A DNA stretch of 12,362 bases from an uncultured Deinococcales bacterium (GTDB lineage: Bacteria; Deinococcota; Deinococci; Deinococcales; JAAFIG01). Both the position numbers and the translations under genes were made by a program. Position 1 is the first letter of the stretch; each line of letters opens with the position of its first letter. A model generated the notes under the pieces. That model saw only the letters and a list, made by a program, of their open reading frames with translations. It made no database searches and had not been told where the DNA came from. The stretch is from NCBI GenBank assembly GCA_964247135.1, contig CAXTTL010000143.1:1-12362 (forward strand), given 5' to 3'. This document shows, one piece after another, positions 7,974 through 12,362 of the stretch.

Positions 7974-8231
7974 TTCTGAGTTGGACTAACCCAGAACCTC
8001 GAGGAAGATTCTCATCCCGAATTGACGTTAAAACAATTGGTAGTGGCAACAAACGTACAAGATATGCCAGGCTTAATTTCTATGAATCTCGAGTATTTGA
8101 AGCAATTACCGATTCAATTTAAAACTTTCCTTTATTTATTTTGTAATAAAAAGTAAAGAATTCGAGTAATACAGTATTTCTAGGTTCAACAATGGTTATT
8201 GAAATTTTTGTTGTGCCCACGGGAGATATGC

Positions 8232-9176
8232 ATGAAAAAATCGAACATTTTTGCCACCACTTTATTTGCAGCCCTCGTCTCGAGCGTCAGCGCTCAAAGC
8301 TTTCAAATCATGGCTCCCTGCACCGCCGGTTGCTCGTGGGACGTTCAAGCGCACGCCATTGCCGACACGCTCAAAGCCGAGGGTTTAGCCTCCTCGGTCG
8401 AGGTCTACAACCTTCCAGGGCAAGCGGGCGCTTTGGGCTTAGAGAAACTGATGAAATCGAGCGGTGACATGTTTCAATTGATGACGATGGGCGTCGGTAC
8501 GGTCGGTGGCACGCTGCTGAACAAAAGTCCGGTCAGCTTGCTCGACGCCACGCCAGTCGCCAGGCTCGCCGCCGATTTTGAAGTCTTGTACGTTTCAGAA
8601 AACTCGAGCATCAAATCGATTGGTGACTTAAAAAACGTGATCCTTTCTAAACCAGAATCGCTGACTTGGGGCGGCTCGAGCGCGGGTGGCACAAGTCACA
8701 TGATGGCAGGCATGATCGTCAACGCCTTTGGTGGCGACCCGAAAAAAATCAAATACGTCCCCTCGAGTGGAAACTTGCAGGCGGCAAACGCCGTGTCCAA
8801 CGGCGAACTCGGCATTGCCACGGGAAGTTACACGGTCTTAAACGAGCTGATTGCCGCCAAAAAAATTCGGACGCTCGGCATCAGCTCGAGGTACAAAGTT
8901 GCGGGTTTGGATATTCCCACCTTGATCGGGCAGGGTTTAAATGTTGAATTTGTCAATTGGCGCGGTGTAATGGCACCTCCAGGCTTGTCTGATCGTCAAC
9001 GTTCGCAATTACAGCGCCTGTTTGGGCGTATGGTTCGCAGTCAAACTTGGTTGGAACAAATCAAAGCCAACAAGTGGATCAACTATTATCAGGGTGCAGA
9101 GAAGTTTAGCGGTTTTCTGAATGAACAATATGGAACGGTTGGCTCTTTGTTGCGCAGCTTGGATATTTTAAAGTAA
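8232..9176 (+). CDS. tctC: Tripartite tricarboxylate transporter substrate-binding protein (TctC/Bug family)
   Basis: ATG 8232 follows SD GGGAG (8221-8225) and is preferred over TTG 8199. Signal peptide MKKSNIFATTLFAALVSSVSA-Q. Family motifs: IMAP...G..WD, V.N.PG..G..G, TPVARL..D, WGGSSAGGTSH, IPTL..QG......NWRGVMAPPG. Confidence 0.88.
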   Translation: MKKSNIFATTLFAALVSSVSAQSFQIMAPCTAGCSWDVQAHAIADTLKAEGLASSVEVYNLPGQAGALGLEKLMKSSGDMFQLMTMGVGTVGGTLLNKSPVSLLDATPVARLAADFEVLYVSENSSIKSIGDLKNVILSKPESLTWGGSSAGGTSHMMAGMIVNAFGGDPKKIKYVPSSGNLQAANAVSNGELGIATGSYTVLNELIAAKKIRTLGISSRYKVAGLDIPTLIGQGLNVEFVNWRGVMAPPGLSDRQRSQLQRLFGRMVRSQTWLEQIKANKWINYYQGAEKFSGFLNEQYGTVGSLLRSLDILK

Positions 9177-9202
9177 TTAAACAATGCTTTTGATTAAGCA
9201 AC

Positions 9203-9246
9203 AATCAAAAATAAGAAAGGAACGCCTTTTAAAAGCGTTCCTTTCT
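9203..9246 (-). terminator. Intrinsic terminator of thrS, probably bidirectional (also tctC)
   Basis: Perfect 12-bp stem AGAAAGGAACGC (9214-9225) / GCGTTCCTTTCT (9235-9246) between convergent genes. On the minus strand it is followed by TATTTTTGATT. Confidence 0.85.
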
Positions 9247-9258
9247 GCGTTCAAAAAC

Positions 9259-11217
9259 TTAATTGCGTTGTTCGGCTCGGGTTTGAAGTTCGAGGATCAA
9301 ATCTGTTGTGCCCAGGATGCCTCGGTCACCTTTGCCGTGTTCGCGCACGCCAACCGAGTCGGCTGCCACTTCCTTGTCGCCAACCACCAAAATATATGGC
9401 ACTTTTTGCAGTTCGGCGCTGCGGATTTTGGCTTGCATCCGCTCCGAGGAATCATCGACCTCGACCCGCAATTTGGCGGCTTTCATGGTTTTTGCCAGAT
9501 CGTTGGCGTACTCGAGGTGACGGTCTGAGATCGGTACAATGATGGCTTGAACTGGCGCGAGCCAGACTGGAAAATTGCCCGCCGTGTGCTCGAGGTAGAG
9601 CGCAAAAAACCGGTCAAAACTGCCCATGATCGCACGGTGAATCACGACTGGCGTCTCTTTCTCGCCGCGCTCGTTGGTGAACTCGAGGTCAAAACGGCTC
9701 GGCACAATAAAGTCGAGTTGGTTGGTGGCAATCGATTCTTCCTTGCCGACCACGGTGCGCAGTTGAACATCGAGTTTTGGTCCGTAAAAGGTGGCTTCGC
9801 CGATGCCCTCGACGTAACTCGCACCCGTCTCCTCGAGTGCCGCGCGAATCGCGGCGATGCTTTCGTCCCACTGCGGTCCTGGCTCGCCAAATTTTTCGGG
9901 ATTGTTCTCAAAATCGGGCAGGGAGAGCCTGAACCAGTAATCAGAAATTCCAAAGTCGGTATAAACCTCTTTAAAGAGTTCGATTACCTTGATAAATTCG
10001 GCTTTGACTTGCGACTTGGAGCAGTAAATGTGCGCGTCATTTTGGGTAAAACCGCGAACCCGAGCCAAACCTGAAAGTGCGCCCGAAAGCTCGAAACGGT
10101 AGACCGTGCCAGCCTCGGCATAGCGCACGGGAAGGTCGCGGTAAGACTTTGGTCGAGCCGCAAAAATCATGTGGTGGTGCGGGCAGTTCATGGGTTTTAA
10201 ATAATAATTCTCGCCCTCAATCTCGATGGGGGCATACATGCCATCGCTGTAATAGGGCAAGTGACCGGACTTGTGATACAGCGCCTCTTTGGTGATGTGC
10301 GGCGAGATCACATAGTCGTATCCGTGTTCCTGTTCCTTTTGGAACATGTAATCCTCGAGGCGCTTCCTGACAAACGCGCCCTTGGGCAACCACAGCGGCA
10401 AACCCTGACCAACCTCGTCGGAAAAGGCGAACAAATCCAGTTCCTTGCCCAGCTTGCGGTGATCGCGCTTTTTGGCTTCCTCTTGCTGCCACAGGTAATG
10501 CTCGAGTTCCTGGGCGGTGTTGAACGCCACGCCGTAGACGCGTTGCAACATCGGATTTTTTTCCGAACCGCGCCAATACGCGCCGCTGGTGGCGGTCAGT
10601 TTAAAATGCGGCGGAATTAAACCCGTGCGCGGAATGTGCGGACCACGGCACAAATCGGTGAAATCTGCCTCCGAGCCTTGGCGGTAGAAGGTGATTGCTT
10701 CATTGTCGGGCAGCCCTTCGATCAATTCGGTCTTGTAACGGTCTTTGCCCTCAAACGTCGCCAGCGCCTGCGCCCGTGTGACTTCAAAGCGACTCAAGGG
10801 CAAATCTTTGGCAATAATTTCACGCATTTTGGCTTCGAGTTGCTCGAGTTCCTCAAGTTTCAGTGGTTCTGGCAAATCAAAATCGTAGTAAAAACCGTTC
10901 TCGATGACCGGACCGACACCCATTTTGATGCGGTCGCGGGCAAAACCTTTATTTTCGTACAACTCGAGGATCGCCTGCGCCATGACGTGCGCCAGCGTGT
11001 GCCGCGCCAGGTCAATCGCCTCGGCAGGTTTTTTGGTCGTGATGATTTCAAGCGTCGCGCCGTCGTGCAACGGTGTGAAAATATCGATCAGTTTGCCGTT
11101 GAGTTTTGCGCCAATCGCGTCTTTGGCGAGCCGAGGACCGATCAATGACGCGGCGTCAAAGGCATTCGCGCCGGCTGGAAGCTCGAGTTGCTTGCCGTCT
11201 GGAAGGGAAATAAACAT
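9259..11217 (-). CDS. thrS: Threonine--tRNA ligase
   Basis: 652 aa. TGS domain; editing motifs RHTLAHVMAQA and DLCRGPH; GAYWRG, RDHRKLGKELDLF, KPMNCPHH, FTQNDAH, FYGPKLD, IHRA, FPVWLAPVQ; anticodon-binding domain. SD GAGG at 11225-11228. Confidence 0.99.
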   Translation of the reverse strand: MFISLPDGKQLELPAGANAFDAASLIGPRLAKDAIGAKLNGKLIDIFTPLHDGATLEIITTKKPAEAIDLARHTLAHVMAQAILELYENKGFARDRIKMGVGPVIENGFYYDFDLPEPLKLEELEQLEAKMREIIAKDLPLSRFEVTRAQALATFEGKDRYKTELIEGLPDNEAITFYRQGSEADFTDLCRGPHIPRTGLIPPHFKLTATSGAYWRGSEKNPMLQRVYGVAFNTAQELEHYLWQQEEAKKRDHRKLGKELDLFAFSDEVGQGLPLWLPKGAFVRKRLEDYMFQKEQEHGYDYVISPHITKEALYHKSGHLPYYSDGMYAPIEIEGENYYLKPMNCPHHHMIFAARPKSYRDLPVRYAEAGTVYRFELSGALSGLARVRGFTQNDAHIYCSKSQVKAEFIKVIELFKEVYTDFGISDYWFRLSLPDFENNPEKFGEPGPQWDESIAAIRAALEETGASYVEGIGEATFYGPKLDVQLRTVVGKEESIATNQLDFIVPSRFDLEFTNERGEKETPVVIHRAIMGSFDRFFALYLEHTAGNFPVWLAPVQAIIVPISDRHLEYANDLAKTMKAAKLRVEVDDSSERMQAKIRSAELQKVPYILVVGDKEVAADSVGVREHGKGDRGILGTTDLILELQTRAEQRN

Positions 11218-11345
11218 GTGAAAACCTCAGTTTCTCGAGGGTGATTTGCTGCTGCTTGGGGTCAATATGTAGACCCAGACCGACATCTTTCAACACGCGC
11301 GAAATCAGACCCCCCAAGGGGTTCGCGTGGTGAATGCGGTCGTGC
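11218..11345 (-). promoter_or_regulatory. Candidate attenuator: alternative RNA pairings controlling the thrS SD
   Basis: SD hairpin CCTCG-agaaac-TGAGG followed by TTTT. Its 5' arm AAATCACCCTC (11237-11247) is also complementary to the leader stop region GGGGGT(CT)GATTT (11302-11314). Confidence 0.6.
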
Positions 11346-11370
11346 ACAAGAGGCTCGAGAGTTGTTTCAT
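11305..11370 (-). CDS. Putative Thr-rich leader peptide of thrS (MKQLSSLLCTTAFTTRTPWGV)
   Basis: ATG 11370 (alternative in-frame ATG 11397) to TGA 11305-11307. Five Thr codons lie within eight codons (ACG ACC GCA TTC ACC ACG CGA ACC). The ORF ends 87 nt upstream of thrS. Confidence 0.7.
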   Translation of the reverse strand: MKQLSSLLCTTAFTTRTPWGV

Positions 11371-11413
11371 GGTTTTTTTGAGGCACGGATACTTCATTCC
11401 GTGGCTTGATTGC

Positions 11414-11422
11414 AGTTTAGCA
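11414..11422 (-). promoter_or_regulatory. Extended -10 (TGcTAAACT) of the thrS leader transcript
   Basis: Minus strand reads gTGcTAAACTgcaatcaag, just upstream of the leader ORF. Confidence 0.55.
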
Positions 11423-11462
11423 CAAGCCGTCGTTTGGCTGAATCTGCCAAATGACGGCTTGT
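11422..11462. repeat. 17-bp near-perfect inverted repeat with 7-nt loop between divergent genes
   Basis: ACAAGCCGTCGTTTGGC-tgaatct-GCCAAATGACGGCTTGT, with one mismatch (G-T). Confidence 0.85.
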
Positions 11463-11504
11463 CGGGAACTTTCACGCGCCTTTGTCCGTATGATGTGACT
11501 GAGC

Positions 11505-12263
11505 ATGAATCCCAACAAATCCGCAAACAATCAAGCACAACCAATTGAACCACCCGAGCTTGAGGTATTCTCAAGCGATATGGCACGCCACCCGCACGCC
11601 GTAAAATCTGATCCGCTGGGCGCTCGAGGTCGTTTGATTTTTGGATTGCTGGTCGGTCTGACGGCAGGAACCATCAGTTTTTTCTCAGTCTCGAGTTCGG
11701 TTATTTTGAGTGTCATGATCGCCTGGGACGTCGGCACATTGTTTTTCTTGGGTTTGACGTGGCGGGTGATTTTTAAATCAAACGCAGACATGACCAAAGC
11801 CAGAGCCACCAGCGAAGACCCTGGGCGCTACGGGGTTTTTGTGATTGCCATCGGCTCGAGCCTGGTCAGTTTGTTCGCAGCGGTGTTTGTGCTGCACGGC
11901 AAAAAGGACATGGTCTCGGCGAATCTGGTCGGACTGCTGGATACCCTGGCGGTCGTCGCAGTCGTGCTTGCCTGGATCATGACGCATACCGCCTATGCCT
12001 TGCGTTACGCGCGGTTGTATTACAGTCCACGAAACGGCGATCCTGAAGCGGGTTTGAAATTTCCTGGCGATGAAGCCCCAGACGACCTGGATTTTGCCTA
12101 TTTTTCGTTTGTCTTGGGCATGGCATTTCAGGTGTCCGATGTTTCGATCACCTGCAAGCGCATTCGCAGGGCAGTCTTGTGGCACAGTTTGCAATCGTTT
12201 TTGTACAACACCGTCATCCTGGCGTTGTCGCTCAACTTGTTGTTCGGTTTGTTCAGCACTTGA
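11505..12263 (+). CDS. DUF1345 family integral membrane protein
   Basis: Several TM helices and the signature H..YALRYA..YY...GLKFPGDEAPD.LDFAYFSFVLGMAFQVSDVSIT...IRR.VL.HSL.SF.YNTVILAL.LN. The start is uncertain (11505 or 11580). TATGAT lies at 11489-11494. Confidence 0.88.
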   Translation: MNPNKSANNQAQPIEPPELEVFSSDMARHPHAVKSDPLGARGRLIFGLLVGLTAGTISFFSVSSSVILSVMIAWDVGTLFFLGLTWRVIFKSNADMTKARATSEDPGRYGVFVIAIGSSLVSLFAAVFVLHGKKDMVSANLVGLLDTLAVVAVVLAWIMTHTAYALRYARLYYSPRNGDPEAGLKFPGDEAPDDLDFAYFSFVLGMAFQVSDVSITCKRIRRAVLWHSLQSFLYNTVILALSLNLLFGLFST

Positions 12264-12316
12264 GAATCGTGGCTCGGCTCGAGGTGTGAATCAGTCTCTA
12301 GGCTTAAACTGATGCC

Positions 12317-12362
12317 ATGCGTTTACTTTTATGCCTGTGCCTCTCGGGTTTGTTGTTCGCCT
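12317..12362 (+). CDS. 5' fragment of a probable exported protein or lipoprotein, leaderless
   Basis: TAAACT (12305-12310), 6 nt, then ATG, giving MRLLLCLCLSGLLFA..., a signal-peptide-like sequence open to the window edge. Confidence 0.5.
   Translation, partial: MRLLLCLCLSGLLFA

Noticed and set aside
7744-8052. 102-aa minus-strand ORF in the AT-rich gap
   Set aside because: TTG start, no SD or adjacent -10, atypical composition and no motif. It crosses the amt terminator and is not a P-II/GlnK sequence.
9184-11221. Multiple plus-strand ORFs (e.g. 9547-10074, 10636-11148) and short minus-strand alternates
   Set aside because: Shadows or alternate frames of thrS.
11218-11420. T-box riboswitch or E. 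coli-type tRNA-mimic operator upstream of thrS
   Set aside because: No GGTGG-N-ACC T-box antiterminator motif on the coding strand and no evident anticodon-like CGU stem-loops. The Thr-rich uORF explains the region better.
11305-11586. 93-aa minus-strand ORF as a full protein
   Set aside because: It spans the promoter, the palindrome and the DUF1345 start. Only its 3' 21-30 codons, downstream of the -10 box, are plausible as the leader peptide.
30-12283. CTCGAG (XhoI) sites as cloning or assembly artefact
   Set aside because: Sites lie within intact reading frames of conserved genes (thrS, the yyaL-like gene) without disrupting motifs, so they appear native.

Overview
Chromosomal window, most likely from a Deinococcota (Deinococcus-Thermus) bacterium. 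This assignment is inferred from -10 boxes directly abutting start codons, the ThrRS style and the DUF4388/HAMP gene set. Left to right: (1) 5' part of a minus-strand YyaL/SPATA20-type thioredoxin-domain gene that the ORF track missed; (2) a divergent, degenerate Xpt/Apt-like phosphoribosyltransferase; (3) a four-gene + strand operon encoding a tandem DUF4388-like protein, a DUF4388-wHTH-helical protein, a membrane HAMP protein with a DPF/NPF-repeat linker and no output domain, and an overlapping ammonium transporter (no glnK), closed by an intrinsic terminator; (4) an AT-rich intergenic region; (5) an orphan TctC/Bug solute-binding protein with an unusual Cys pair in its ligand loop; (6) convergent thrS; (7) a DUF1345 membrane protein; (8) the start of a further exported-protein gene. 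The most notable observations are a Thr-rich leader peptide with mutually exclusive RNA pairings over the thrS Shine-Dalgarno (candidate ribosome-mediated attenuator), about 56 copies of the palindrome CTCGAG (HIP-like iteration, about 3 expected), and the kinase-less DUF4388/HAMP/Amt operon as a candidate ammonium-linked signalling module. All calls come from manual reading; no database searches were run.
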